A stretch of 64,000 nucleotides of DNA from an uncultured Clostridia bacterium (lineage in GTDB: Bacteria; Bacillota; Clostridia; Oscillospirales; Acutalibacteraceae), in assembly GCA_937892525.1 (NCBI GenBank), contig CALAEV010000016.1, forward strand, positions 7,889 to 71,888, written 5' to 3'. Under the pieces are notes generated by a model. That model was not told where the DNA came from. It ran no database searches and saw only the letters and a program-made list of their open reading frames with translations. Every line of letters begins with the position of its first letter. Position 1 is the stretch's first letter. Both the position numbers and the translations under genes were made by a program. Below, in pieces: positions 19,448 through 29,818 of the stretch.

Positions 19448-20145
19448 AAAGCACCACCTTCATTTATATTTTCATTATTTTTTGATTTATCTTTAATTCC
19501 CATAAGGAATTTGAGAACAACTTTAATAAGTAATCTGAACACAAGTACTATGAGTGCATTCAAAATAAATATTGGTCTTACTGATACCGAAAATACAAAC
19601 TCTGCTTTATTTTTGCTACCTAAAAAGTCAGGCTCAATTTCAACATCATATTTCTTAACAGTAAGATTTGAACATATAAAGGACATTGCCGGAAAAACCT
19701 TTTGACAAACGCGTCCATATTCAAGGGCAGTTTCTGCTGCATCGCATCCACCTGTAACTGTCATCCACAAATACAATTCTCGCAAAACAATATGTTTTTT
19801 GAAAGAGTGCATAAGTTTGCCTAATGCTTTACCAACATTATTAATTAACTGAATTACACCATCAAAACCTTGATTGTTGTAAAACTTTACAAAAATATTT
19901 TCTTTCTTTTCTGTTGGTGTTTCTTCAACTACTTCTTCAGTTGTAGGTTTTTCTTTTTTCTCTTTAGGTGCTTTTTCTTTTTTAGGTTTATCTTTCTTTT
20001 TTGCAGGTAAAATATCTATTTTTAAAAATAACCATTTAACATTTAATTTAAATACATCAAAAAATTCACCATTCACAGTAATACGGATACTGAGTACAAG
20101 TACAATAAACCCAATTATACCGAGAAATATGTATAAACCTGTCAT
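19444..20145 (-). CDS. ytfI: DUF2953 sporulation membrane protein (YtfI-like)
   Basis: N-terminal TM helix, a lysine-rich linker (KKKDKPKKEKAPKEKKEKP), and pairing with ytfJ. Confidence 0.7.
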   Translation of the reverse strand: MTGLYIFLGIIGFIVLVLSIRITVNGEFFDVFKLNVKWLFLKIDILPAKKKDKPKKEKAPKEKKEKPTTEEVVEETPTEKKENIFVKFYNNQGFDGVIQLINNVGKALGKLMHSFKKHIVLRELYLWMTVTGGCDAAETALEYGRVCQKVFPAMSFICSNLTVKKYDVEIEPDFLGSKNKAEFVFSVSVRPIFILNALIVLVFRLLIKVVLKFLMGIKDKSKNNENINEGGAL

Positions 20146-20178
20146 TTAAAACACCTCCTATAAGAATTTTGTTAAGTT

Positions 20179-20745
20179 TTACTCAACTAATGTATCGTTT
20201 TCTGTATCTTGAATGTTTTCTGCTTCTTCCTTTTCACTTTCAGGGATTGCAGGAAGTTCATCAAGTGAGGAAATTGAAAAACAACGAAGAAAGTCAGGGG
20301 TTGTACCATATATAAGTGGTCTGCCCGGCAAATCAAGTCTGCCTTTCTCTTCAACAAGTTTTTTCTGACAGAGTGTTGAAATTACACCACTACAATCAAC
20401 ACCACGTACCTGTTCAACAAAAGATTTTGTAACAGGCTGATTATACGCAATAACTGCCAACACTTCAAATGCTGCTTGTGAGAGTGGGGTATTTTTACGA
20501 AGTTCTAAAACATCACGGATAACTTCAGCATACTCTGTTCTTGATGATAGCTGATATTTATCCCCTAATTTAAGCACTGTAATTCCACTATTACGCTCAT
20601 CAAGTTGGGCAGAAAGATTATATACAACCTGTTCACATACTTCAGGCTCGATTCCTAGTGCCTCTGCTATTCTTTCAAGTTCAATCGGCTCACCTGACGC
20701 AAACAAAATTGCCTCAACAGCCGCTTGTAATTTACTTGCTTTCAT
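20179..20745 (-). CDS. scpB: Segregation and condensation protein B
   Basis: Motifs AAVEAILFASGEPI, IAYNQPVTK, VRGVD and GRPLIYGTT. I chose the ATG that shares one base with the scpA stop (TAATG). Confidence 0.9.
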   Translation of the reverse strand: MKASKLQAAVEAILFASGEPIELERIAEALGIEPEVCEQVVYNLSAQLDERNSGITVLKLGDKYQLSSRTEYAEVIRDVLELRKNTPLSQAAFEVLAVIAYNQPVTKSFVEQVRGVDCSGVISTLCQKKLVEEKGRLDLPGRPLIYGTTPDFLRCFSISSLDELPAIPESEKEEAENIQDTENDTLVE

Positions 20746-21482
20746 TAATTCCATTCCTCACTAACTTCTGAATAATCAGAATCTAAAAGTTCAACCTGTG
20801 TTTCTTCACCATCACCAATAACTTTAACCTTTTTTGATTTAGTAAGCTCAAGTACTGCTAAAAAAGTAGCAACAATATCTGAACGTGATTCGGCGTCTGC
20901 AAACAAGGTATTTAGTTTTGCTTTTTGTCCCTTTTTAGTTAATTTCTTAAAGATATTTGAAATCTTTGAACCAACTGAAACAACTTTTTTAACAACAATT
21001 TCACGGAATGCTTCAATTGGTGGAGGTAACTGACGAAGTTTTTTGCCTGCAGCAGAAACATAAGCACTGAAAAGTTCTTCAGGGTCATGAAGACGCTTAT
21101 AAGTCTGGTCAGGGTCAATTTTTTCAGGTTGTCTTATAAATGTACCAAAGCCTTCAGTATTTTCTGAAAGTTTACCTGCAAGAATTTTCATATCTCTATA
21201 TTCGATTAACTCGCCCTGAAGTTCTTGCTTTAACTCTTCAGCTTCTGTATATACAGGTAACAGTGAAACAGATTTAAGGTAAACTAAGCGAGCCGCCATT
21301 TCAAGAAACTCGGCAGCGACATACATATCTTCCTCTTGCATCTGGCGAACATAATCTATATATTGTTCAACCAGCGTTACGATAGGAATATCATAAATAT
21401 TCAGTTTATGCTTTGAAATTAAATGCAAAAGCAAGTCCATTGGACCTTCAAATACATCTAACTTATAAGAAATCTTTTCCAT
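20745..21482 (-). CDS. scpA: Segregation and condensation protein A (kleisin)
   Basis: FEGPMDLLLHLISKHKLNIYDIPI and ATFLAVLEL are conserved ScpA motifs. Confidence 0.9.
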   Translation of the reverse strand: MEKISYKLDVFEGPMDLLLHLISKHKLNIYDIPIVTLVEQYIDYVRQMQEEDMYVAAEFLEMAARLVYLKSVSLLPVYTEAEELKQELQGELIEYRDMKILAGKLSENTEGFGTFIRQPEKIDPDQTYKRLHDPEELFSAYVSAAGKKLRQLPPPIEAFREIVVKKVVSVGSKISNIFKKLTKKGQKAKLNTLFADAESRSDIVATFLAVLELTKSKKVKVIGDGEETQVELLDSDYSEVSEEWN

Positions 21483-21499
21483 AAACTATCCTTTATTTA

Positions 21500-22165
21500 T
21501 TAAAATGGTAAACTTGCAATTTTGTTAAACAAATCAATAATAAAACCTGAAATTTCTGATAATGGTCTAGACAACACACCTGTCAATATCAAAACAAAAA
21601 TAACGATTGTTACATATCTTTCATATTGCAAAAACTTATAATAATATTTTGCAGGAATTAAAAGCTGTAATATTCTTGAACCATCCAATGGTGGAATAGG
21701 AAGCAAATTAAACACTGCAAGATTTACATTAAGAGCACCTGCAAATGCTAAAAAGTAGAATATTGCAAAATGAATTTCAGTAGGATTTTTAATCAGATTT
21801 AATGTAAAAACTGAACCTGTAATAAATATAAATCCCATTAAAAGATTCGCAATTGGACCAGCTATAGCTGTAATCGCCATACCCTTTTTTACATCTTTAA
21901 AATTACGAGGATTAACGTTAACAGGTTTTGCGTAACCAAAACCACACAATAACATCATTACTGCACCCATAGGTGAAATATGCGCCATAGGATTAAGTGT
22001 TAAACGACCTGCAAGACGAGGTGTCTGGTCGCCTAATTTTGTTGCAATCAATGCATGAGCATATTCGTGTATAGGCATTGTGCAGAAAATTACAAACACT
22101 CTTGCAAAGAATGTGATAATCAAACTTAAACCATCAGTATCTCCACTTAAAAGGTCTAATAACAT
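21500..22165 (-). CDS. M50 site-2-protease-family membrane metalloprotease
   Basis: HEYAHAL and NLLPIPPLDGSR motifs; multi-pass membrane protein. Confidence 0.8.
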   Translation of the reverse strand: MLLDLLSGDTDGLSLIITFFARVFVIFCTMPIHEYAHALIATKLGDQTPRLAGRLTLNPMAHISPMGAVMMLLCGFGYAKPVNVNPRNFKDVKKGMAITAIAGPIANLLMGFIFITGSVFTLNLIKNPTEIHFAIFYFLAFAGALNVNLAVFNLLPIPPLDGSRILQLLIPAKYYYKFLQYERYVTIVIFVLILTGVLSRPLSEISGFIIDLFNKIASLPF

Positions 22166-22194
22166 AAAAATCCCCTTTCATTTCTAAATTAATA

Positions 22195-23025
22195 TTATAT
22201 TCCAAAAGTTACAATTCTGTCAATATTATTAAAATCATAAATCACTTGTTTTTCAGAATAGTTGCCATTAAATATATTGATTATATCTTCGCTTTGTTCT
22301 TCACCACATTCAAGGGCAATAAAGCCATTCGTTTTAACCTTTGAAATCCATTTTTTAGCTATACAACGGTAAAAATCAAGACCATCTGTACCACCATCAA
22401 GTGCTGTCACAGGTTCAAACTGAACTTCTTTCTGTAATCCATCAATTTCATTTGCAGGAATATATGGAGGATTTGAGAGAATTACATCAGCTTGAGGAAT
22501 CTCTGAAAAATCTATATCAAACAAATCGCCTTGTATTACACAAGCGTTATTAAGGTTATGTTTTTCTTTATTGGATTTAAGATAAGATAATGCGCTGTTT
22601 TCTTTTTCAAGAAGATACACTTTTGCGTCTTTTCTGTGGTAAGCGATTGTAAGACCTATACAACCACTACCGGCACACAAATCGTAGATAACCGGTGATT
22701 TTATATTTTTAAGCTTTTCAAGAGCAAAATCTACAAGCATTTCTGTTTCAGGTCTCGGAATCAGCACACCTTTACCCACATTAAAAGTTAAATCGTAAAA
22801 ATCCCATTTACCGAGTATGTATTGTAATGGTTCACCATTTTCGCGACGATTTACAACATTTTTAACTATATTAATTTGCTTGTCAGTTGCTTCAATGTCA
22901 TTAAAATATATTTTTGATTTTGGTATATCTAATAAATCTTCGAAAATACAAATTGTGTCAAATTCAGGTGAATCAGCAAAGCTTAATTTCTCTTTACAAT
23001 AACGAAACAACTCTAAAATCGTCAT
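22195..23025 (-). CDS. prmC: Release-factor glutamine N5-methyltransferase
   Basis: DLCAGSGCIG SAM site and the NPPY motif (SNPPYI). Overlaps the DUF1385 stop (ATGA). Confidence 0.88.
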   Translation of the reverse strand: MTILELFRYCKEKLSFADSPEFDTICIFEDLLDIPKSKIYFNDIEATDKQINIVKNVVNRRENGEPLQYILGKWDFYDLTFNVGKGVLIPRPETEMLVDFALEKLKNIKSPVIYDLCAGSGCIGLTIAYHRKDAKVYLLEKENSALSYLKSNKEKHNLNNACVIQGDLFDIDFSEIPQADVILSNPPYIPANEIDGLQKEVQFEPVTALDGGTDGLDFYRCIAKKWISKVKTNGFIALECGEEQSEDIINIFNGNYSEKQVIYDFNNIDRIVTFGI

Positions 23026-23999
23026 CTTATTTTATCATCCTCAGGATTATCTGTAATAACAGCTTTTATTGATTCAATTGCCACCTCAATAATATCATCA
23101 GTCGGCTCAACAGTTGTGATTCGTTGCATAAACAAACCAGGCGCAGATAATACTTTTACAACAATATTTTCGTGCTTACCTGCATATTTAATGAACTCAT
23201 AGCCTAATCCCATAATAAGTGGTAAAATTGCAACTTTAATTGCAATCCAAAGTAACCTGTTAATTTCAGCAAGTCCAGGGAAAATAAGTACAAGCGCAGA
23301 AGATACAAGAACGCTTATAATAATCATTACAAACATAAAGCTTGTACCACAACGAGGGTGAAAACGCGACATTTTACGGACGTTATCAACAGTTAAATCA
23401 AGCGCATTCTCATAACAGAAAATAGTTTTATGCTCTGCACCATGATACATAAAAACTCGTTTAATCATTGACATTCTTGAAACTACATACATATAAATAA
23501 CAAAAATTATCATTCGTAATATACCTTCAAGTAATGGATGGAATCTTTGAATGTCAGTATTTCTTAAAATATAATCGTCTAATAAATCGACACCTAATGT
23601 TGGCAAATACATAAATATTACAAATGCAAGACCAACGCCAAGAATTGCAGAAATTACGCCAACAACTGCCATCATCTTTTCGCCCATATGGTCAGTAAGC
23701 CAGCGGTCAAGTTTTGACATTTCTTCCTCTTTTTCTTCTTCAGTCATTGTTTTGTCGGCTGATTTCATCAAATATTTATAACCTGTTGTCATTGATTCAA
23801 TGAAACCTGCTACACCTCTGATAATTGGCCAACCTAATATTTTATATTTATTTTTTAATGGGACAAAAGGCTCAACTTCAGTTTCGATTGTACCATCAGG
23901 CAAACGAACTGACATAGCATTACCTTTGGGTCCACGCATCATAATACCTTCAATTAAGGCTTGACCACCAATAGATGTTTTGTGTTTCTGATTACTCAA
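23022..23999 (-). CDS. DUF1385 membrane protein (YqhQ-like)
   Basis: IGGQALIEGIMMRG and YHGAEHK motifs; usual partner of prmC. Confidence 0.8.
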   Translation of the reverse strand: MSNQKHKTSIGGQALIEGIMMRGPKGNAMSVRLPDGTIETEVEPFVPLKNKYKILGWPIIRGVAGFIESMTTGYKYLMKSADKTMTEEEKEEEMSKLDRWLTDHMGEKMMAVVGVISAILGVGLAFVIFMYLPTLGVDLLDDYILRNTDIQRFHPLLEGILRMIIFVIYMYVVSRMSMIKRVFMYHGAEHKTIFCYENALDLTVDNVRKMSRFHPRCGTSFMFVMIIISVLVSSALVLIFPGLAEINRLLWIAIKVAILPLIMGLGYEFIKYAGKHENIVVKVLSAPGLFMQRITTVEPTDDIIEVAIESIKAVITDNPEDDKIR

Positions 24000-24012
24000 A
24001 ATATATTACTCC

Positions 24013-25425
24013 CTACTTATTTTTTCGTGGCAAAATCAAGATAGTTTTTGTACCAGTACCGATTTTACTTTCAATTATCATTTCGCCATCGTGCATTTTA
24101 ATTATTTCGTCAGCAACTGCAAGTCCTATACCACTACCTCGCTGACTGTTATTTGCTTTGTAGAATTTTTCACGGACTCTTGGTAAGTCGTTTTTAGAAA
24201 TACCACAACCATTATCAGCAATAACAACTTTAACTTCAGTGTTAGTACACTCAACACTTACTTTAACAAATCCATCTTTTTTATTATATTTGAAACTATT
24301 ATCAATAACGTTTACAAACACCTGTTTTAATCTGTTTTTATCGCCCATAATAGAAAGGCTATTATGAGGAATATTAACAATCAAATCAATACTTTCTCGC
24401 TCTGAACGTTCTCTGAAAACTTCAAGAACTTCATTAAGTTCTTTTACAATATCAAGCTTTGAGACTTTAAGTGTCAATTTTCCACTTTCCATACGAGAGA
24501 AGTCTAGAAGTTCTTCAACCAAATCTGTAAGTCTTTCGGACTCATTGACAATAACATTTATGCCTTTTTCAATAAGTTCGCCATCATCTTCTTTAGCTGA
24601 ACGAATTGTCTCACCCCATCCTTTAATAGCAGTAAGAGGTGTTCTTAATTCGTGGGATACTGTTGATATAAACTCATTTTTCATTCTTTCAGTCTCGCCG
24701 ATTTCTTGTGCCATATTATTGATAGTGTCACAAAGCTGACCGATTTCATCGTCATATTTATATTTCTCAATTGAAACATTAAAATCGCCTTTTGCAATTT
24801 TAGATGCCGTTTCATTGATTTTTCGTACAGGATTGATGATGGAATTTATGAAGAATGCACCTGATGTAACAACAAAAGATATAAACACAAGTAAAAGTAC
24901 CGATATAATAACCCAGATAAAGATAAGTTGTCTGTCAATATCTTCAAGTGAGATTATATACCTGACTGCACCATTTACGCCGTTTTCATTTTGTGGCAAA
25001 ACATAGGTCATCGCCATCACCTTTTCGCCACTTTGCATTTCTCCTGTCCAAAAACCTTTGCGATTTTCACTAGCTTTTGCGTAATCGTAATCCGGATATT
25101 TTTCACCTTTTACAGAAAAGCCTGTTGAAGAAACGACAACGTTTCCGTTTTTATCAATCACCCAGACTTCCATAACATTTTTGTCTGAAAAGTTATCAAC
25201 AAAGTTTTTTCCGATTTTAATAAAGTTTTCATCACTTATAGCAGATGCAGAGTTAAAATTTGATAACACCATAGCATTTGCTCGTGAATTAAGTGTCATT
25301 TCAACAGAGTTATAATATTGTTCTTTAAGAATAAAACCAATAGAAACACCAATAGCAATAATCAATATGATAATACCAGCGAGAACAGAAAAAGCCCAAC
25401 GCTTAACTATGCTGTTTTTTATCAT
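24013..25425 (-). CDS. Sensor histidine kinase: TM, about 150-aa extracytoplasmic domain, TM, HAMP, HisKA, HATPase; no PAS (WalK-like)
   Basis: H-box SHELRTPL at about residue 258, directly after a HAMP-sized segment (about 193-245). N box VIDNSFKY and G boxes DNGCGI and GSGIGLA. Confidence 0.8.
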   Translation of the reverse strand: MIKNSIVKRWAFSVLAGIIILIIAIGVSIGFILKEQYYNSVEMTLNSRANAMVLSNFNSASAISDENFIKIGKNFVDNFSDKNVMEVWVIDKNGNVVVSSTGFSVKGEKYPDYDYAKASENRKGFWTGEMQSGEKVMAMTYVLPQNENGVNGAVRYIISLEDIDRQLIFIWVIISVLLLVFISFVVTSGAFFINSIINPVRKINETASKIAKGDFNVSIEKYKYDDEIGQLCDTINNMAQEIGETERMKNEFISTVSHELRTPLTAIKGWGETIRSAKEDDGELIEKGINVIVNESERLTDLVEELLDFSRMESGKLTLKVSKLDIVKELNEVLEVFRERSERESIDLIVNIPHNSLSIMGDKNRLKQVFVNVIDNSFKYNKKDGFVKVSVECTNTEVKVVIADNGCGISKNDLPRVREKFYKANNSQRGSGIGLAVADEIIKMHDGEMIIESKIGTGTKTILILPRKNK

Positions 25426-25445
25426 ATAATCACCGCCTTAATGCT

Positions 25446-26150
25446 TTATATAATCCACTTATATCCCATACCCCAAACGGTTGTAAGATGTTTTGGTTGC
25501 GAGGGCTCATCTTCGACCTTATTACGCAACCTGTGAATATTTACATCAACAACTTTTTCGTCACCGAAATATGAGTCACCCCAAACAAATTTAAGTATTT
25601 CGTTACGCTCAAGAGCAACATTAGGATTTGAAAAGAAAAACTCCATAATTTGAAACTCAACCTGTGTAAGTTCAACAGGCTCACCATATTTTGTAAGTGT
25701 GTGGCTTCTTAAATCAAGTACAAATTCGTTAAGAGAAATAGCACTACCCGGCTTTTCTTCAACACTATTATCAACAGTTAATGAGACTCTTCTGTAAATG
25801 GCATCAATTCGTGCCATAAGTTCAGATGGTGAAAATGGCTTTGTAACATAATCGTCAGCACCAACCATAAGTCCTGTAACTTTATCCATTTCCTGAGTAC
25901 GTGCAGTAAGCATAATAATACCTGTTCTTTTACTCTTTTCACGAATGTACTTACAAACCTCAAGACCATCAATAACCGGCATCATAATATCAAGAATTAC
26001 AACATCAATCTGATTACAGAACTTATTGAATTTTTCTATTGCCTCTTCCCCATCGGACGCTTCAATAACTTCATATCCACTTCTTTTAAGATTTATTACG
26101 ACAAAATCGCGAATAGAAGCTTCGTCTTCAGCAATTAAAACACATTTCAT
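25446..26150 (-). CDS. OmpR-family response regulator
   Basis: Receiver motifs (AEDE, ILDIMMP, DDYVTKPF) and a winged-helix C-terminus (VDVNIHRLRNKVE, TVWGMGYK). Confidence 0.85.
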   Translation of the reverse strand: MKCVLIAEDEASIRDFVVINLKRSGYEVIEASDGEEAIEKFNKFCNQIDVVILDIMMPVIDGLEVCKYIREKSKRTGIIMLTARTQEMDKVTGLMVGADDYVTKPFSPSELMARIDAIYRRVSLTVDNSVEEKPGSAISLNEFVLDLRSHTLTKYGEPVELTQVEFQIMEFFFSNPNVALERNEILKFVWGDSYFGDEKVVDVNIHRLRNKVEDEPSQPKHLTTVWGMGYKWII

Positions 26151-26154
26151 AAAA

Positions 26155-27534
26155 TTACTCCTGATTTATCAAAATAAAATTATCTTCGATAGCATTAATG
26201 TATAAATCTTCATTTTCATCATCAATAATTGAATAACCATAAACATATACACTATTTTCGTCAAATTTAGTGTAACCGTTATTATTCTCATCCCAATCAA
26301 GCTCAAATGATGACTTAATTGAGAACAATGCTGATATTAGAGTTTCATTACTGTCTAAAGAGTAGAATGTAATCGTTGCGTTTTTCTCGTTATAAACAGC
26401 AGTAATAGTACCAAACCACTCCTCTGGATACACAAACATATATCCATAAGTGCCATTTAATAAGCACTTAGAATCAACAATAATCTCATTATTATTGATT
26501 TCTGACCATACAGTAAGATTTAATGTGGTTTTTTCATCATCATTAGCTGAAAGTTTAATTCCACCCGGTAATTTTTCTATAACAGGCACTTCAACAACAC
26601 CATCATTATCAATGTCCTGTGAATAAACTCTCACATCGCGTAAAGTCAATGGCTGTGCTGAAATATTACTTTCATAAAATGGTAATGATACACTCAAATC
26701 ACTGTGCTTTATATCGATAACTTCTGTAATAATTCCACTTTCACTTATCGAACCATCAATATAAACTCTGGTATTAGTTTCGTCATTATTTAAATAAGTG
26801 TCACTAACAATGTTATAAATATCCAGCATACCTGTAAGTTGAAAATTGATTTCTTGCTCAATTGAATACTCTTTATCAAAAGCAACAATTCTTCCTGTAG
26901 TCACCTTTTCCTGATTAGAAAGGCTTATATTTAGAATGAATAGTTCATCAGCAGAATCATTATTTAAATCTTCAACAAGCAACTTACTGTATGCTTCATT
27001 TTTAAGGAGAGTAGTTGAACTACCATTATAACTGTAAATTGTTAACAGCTTTTCTCCACTACTACCCATACTAGCAGGAGTAAAGGTATCACCTGAAATA
27101 ACTTGCGACCAACTTATTAGTATTTCAAATCTGCCATCACCATTTATATCTGCAAATTCAACAGAATATATTTCACTGCTTTTACCATTTATGGTTGAGA
27201 CAAATGACCACTTATCATTTAAAAACTTAAATACAGTCACATAAGTTAAATCGTCTATAATAGGGTCAGAATAGAGCACAAGAGCTTCTTTAACAGAATC
27301 ATTGTCTAGGTCATAAAGCAAATATGAAGACCTGTTGTCGCCACTTACAGGTGTTTTCATAACAATACTATCACTATTCCCTACTGTTGACTCAAAAGTC
27401 TGTTGAAGCAAGCTGTTTTCACCACTAAGTTTTGGGGGACGCATAAGCACATCAACCGAGGAAATATTAATATTACAACCTGAAAAAAAGCAACAGATAA
27501 TGATTGCTATGAATAATACTGATATTTTTTTCAT
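26155..27534 (-). CDS. Lipoprotein with FG-GAP/VCBS-like calcium-loop repeats
   Basis: Lipobox FFSGC. Four DxDxDG-type loops: DLDNDSVKE, DINGDGRFE, DLNNDSADE and DIDNDGVVE. 4-nt gap to the response regulator. Confidence 0.7.
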   Translation of the reverse strand: MKKISVLFIAIIICCFFSGCNINISSVDVLMRPPKLSGENSLLQQTFESTVGNSDSIVMKTPVSGDNRSSYLLYDLDNDSVKEALVLYSDPIIDDLTYVTVFKFLNDKWSFVSTINGKSSEIYSVEFADINGDGRFEILISWSQVISGDTFTPASMGSSGEKLLTIYSYNGSSTTLLKNEAYSKLLVEDLNNDSADELFILNISLSNQEKVTTGRIVAFDKEYSIEQEINFQLTGMLDIYNIVSDTYLNNDETNTRVYIDGSISESGIITEVIDIKHSDLSVSLPFYESNISAQPLTLRDVRVYSQDIDNDGVVEVPVIEKLPGGIKLSANDDEKTTLNLTVWSEINNNEIIVDSKCLLNGTYGYMFVYPEEWFGTITAVYNEKNATITFYSLDSNETLISALFSIKSSFELDWDENNNGYTKFDENSVYVYGYSIIDDENEDLYINAIEDNFILINQE

Positions 27535-27554
27535 TACCTGTCACTCTCCTAAAA

Positions 27555-28856
27555 TTATTTTTGTTTTACTGCGACCTTAATATCGTATTTACCGATTGCC
27601 CAACAATTGTAATCGCCTGAGATAACAACCTTACCTTGAAGAATTTTTGTGTCGTTTACAATTGTTTTATCAGCAGTATCAACTTCTATTCTAATATTAT
27701 CAGCAGTAATAGCCTCAATATCTGCTTTTGGTCCTACAAGCGTTATTGTAATGTCCTTTGTAGTATTAAGATGCACATCAAAATCATCTCTGTCATTTTT
27801 TATTTTAATTGCAGATGATGGAACAGTCATTGTTTTAGTACTCATATCAGAAGCATTCACACTAATTCTGAAACGCTTGATGTTCTCATCCATTATCTTA
27901 TATGAAGTTATTGAATCTACATTAACATAAAATGTATTATAACTGTTTCCAATATCGGCAAAATCAATTGTATCAACAATAAAATGTTCTGTGGTTTCAA
28001 TAGCATCAACAGGGATTGCAACTTTTACCGTTGATGGGTAAACCGTATATTTCAATGGATTGTTTATAAAATATGATGGTGCATTTTTAAACTCAACTGC
28101 AGTTGGAAGTGTAACCACTTTAAGCACAGGCACTGCCATTGTAATATTAGTATCACCAGCATTAATTTCAGTGTATTCAAGTGGTATTCCATCAGTAGTT
28201 TTTACAACGATTTTTGTATCAAAGGTTGTTGTTTTTACTAAAACATCTTCAATAGTAGCAGTTGCTGATACACCTGTAACTCTATTGATTTCACTTGCCG
28301 GTCCACTTAAAAGAACGGTATTTTTTGAAAGAACCACATCACCTGCAAGACAATCTTCAGGAACATAACTTTCTAGTTTTGTATCAACAATACCTTCAAG
28401 TGCTACTTCAAGTTCTTTATACTTATCAAAATACACCTCAACAAAAGTCTGTGAAGTTGCAGATATTGTAAAATCCTCAGAACTATCTGCAGGGTTAACC
28501 TTTAATTGTAATGTCCATAAACCTGCACTATCTACACGGTTTGTATTTGCAACTACTTGTATATCATCTTTTTCAAGAGACGCTACTATGTATTTTTTAC
28601 CTTTAACAGTTACATCAACCTTAAACTCTGATTCACCGAAAATCTCAAGTCCAAGCTGTTGCGGAATAGTATTTTCAAGATTTATTTGAACAGGAACATC
28701 AGTAATTACCTGTTGCACCTCAGGACTCTTTTCAATGGCTATCCAAATCCATATTGAAAACGCTATAACAAAAGACAGTACTGCGAGAAATCTATTATCA
28801 CGAACAAGCTCGGAAAAAGAAAATTTTGATTTATTTGTATCTTTATTATTTTTCAT
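27555..28856 (-). CDS. cdaR: YbbR-domain regulator of diadenylate cyclase
   Basis: N-terminal TM helix followed by repeated YbbR-like beta modules. Overlaps cdaA by 11 nt. Confidence 0.8.
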   Translation of the reverse strand: MKNNKDTNKSKFSFSELVRDNRFLAVLSFVIAFSIWIWIAIEKSPEVQQVITDVPVQINLENTIPQQLGLEIFGESEFKVDVTVKGKKYIVASLEKDDIQVVANTNRVDSAGLWTLQLKVNPADSSEDFTISATSQTFVEVYFDKYKELEVALEGIVDTKLESYVPEDCLAGDVVLSKNTVLLSGPASEINRVTGVSATATIEDVLVKTTTFDTKIVVKTTDGIPLEYTEINAGDTNITMAVPVLKVVTLPTAVEFKNAPSYFINNPLKYTVYPSTVKVAIPVDAIETTEHFIVDTIDFADIGNSYNTFYVNVDSITSYKIMDENIKRFRISVNASDMSTKTMTVPSSAIKIKNDRDDFDVHLNTTKDITITLVGPKADIEAITADNIRIEVDTADKTIVNDTKILQGKVVISGDYNCWAIGKYDIKVAVKQK

Positions 28857-29730
28857 TTTTGTTACCTCTCAAAATTTTCTTAATTTTGCTTGTTTCTTTA
28901 ACGTCTTCTTTAATAAAATTCTTCATAAGAATTTCACGAAGGTCACCGTCAGAAATATTTCTTTTAAGTAATCCTCTTTCTGCAACGGAAATAGCGCCTG
29001 TTTCTTCTGATACAACTACAACTATTGCATCGCTTGATTCACTCATACCAACTGCTGCACGATGTCTTGTACCAAGTTCACGGCTTAAAAGATTGTTATT
29101 TGTAAGTGGAAGAATACAGCCAGCCGAAACAACTCGGCCATCTTTAATGATTACAGCACCATCATGCATAGGTGCTTTAGGGAAGAAAATGTTGCCAATA
29201 ATTTCAGCAGTTACAACTGCATCAATTGCTGTACCTGTTTTTGCGATTTCGCCAAGTAAAGTATCTTTTTCAAAAACAATAAGAGCACCTACTTGCTTGT
29301 CACTCATATCGGCACAAGCACGACAAACGCCATTTATAGAGTTCTTGATATTCTCCTGAAGTTCAGTTTCATCTTTATTTTTGAAGTTAAGAATATTAGA
29401 AATTGTCGCTGAACTTCTACCCATTGTTTCAAGAGCATGTCTGAGTTCAGGTGCAAAAATAACCACAAGAATCATCAACAAGTTAGTAAATACAAAACTT
29501 AAAATAAATTCACTTGCACGCATTTCCAACAATGTTACAATTGCATATAATACTGCAAGTACTAATACACCTTTTGCAAGTTGAAAAGCGCGAGTACCAC
29601 GAATCAGTTTAATTGCACTATATATAACAAAAGCAACCAAAATAACATCAAACAAATCAATTAGTCCACCAAATGAGAGTAATGCACGTTTAATATTTTC
29701 AAACAAATCAACAAAGAAATCTGCAACCAT
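28846..29730 (-). CDS. cdaA: Membrane diadenylate cyclase (DisA_N/DAC domain)
   Basis: Three N-terminal TM helices, then DGAVII, RHRAA and VVVVSEETG motifs. The start is ambiguous (ATG 29730 or 29763); I prefer 29730 (MVADFFVDLF). Confidence 0.88.
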   Translation of the reverse strand: MVADFFVDLFENIKRALLSFGGLIDLFDVILVAFVIYSAIKLIRGTRAFQLAKGVLVLAVLYAIVTLLEMRASEFILSFVFTNLLMILVVIFAPELRHALETMGRSSATISNILNFKNKDETELQENIKNSINGVCRACADMSDKQVGALIVFEKDTLLGEIAKTGTAIDAVVTAEIIGNIFFPKAPMHDGAVIIKDGRVVSAGCILPLTNNNLLSRELGTRHRAAVGMSESSDAIVVVVSEETGAISVAERGLLKRNISDGDLREILMKNFIKEDVKETSKIKKILRGNKNEK

Positions 29731-29759
29731 AATTTTCTCACTCTTTTCAAAAAAATAAT

Positions 29760-29771
29760 ACAATATATTGT
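29760..29771. repeat. 12-bp perfect palindrome ACAATATATTGT, copy 1
   Basis: Exact self-complementary 12-mer upstream of cdaA, identical to the copy at 29819..29830. Confidence 0.8.
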
Positions 29772-29818
29772 AAAAAATCTGTAAACAATCCGTAAATTAC
29801 ATACAGATATACATATTC

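Noticed and set aside
28826-29359. 177-aa plus-strand ORF, and similar long antisense or alternative-frame ORFs (34644..35063, 46128..46595, 58364..58795, 60378..60788, 59609..59998, 36051..36353, 41614..41958, 51776..52027)
   Set aside because: All lie entirely inside strongly supported genes with clear family motifs on the other strand or frame. None has a credible ribosome-binding site or a recognisable motif.
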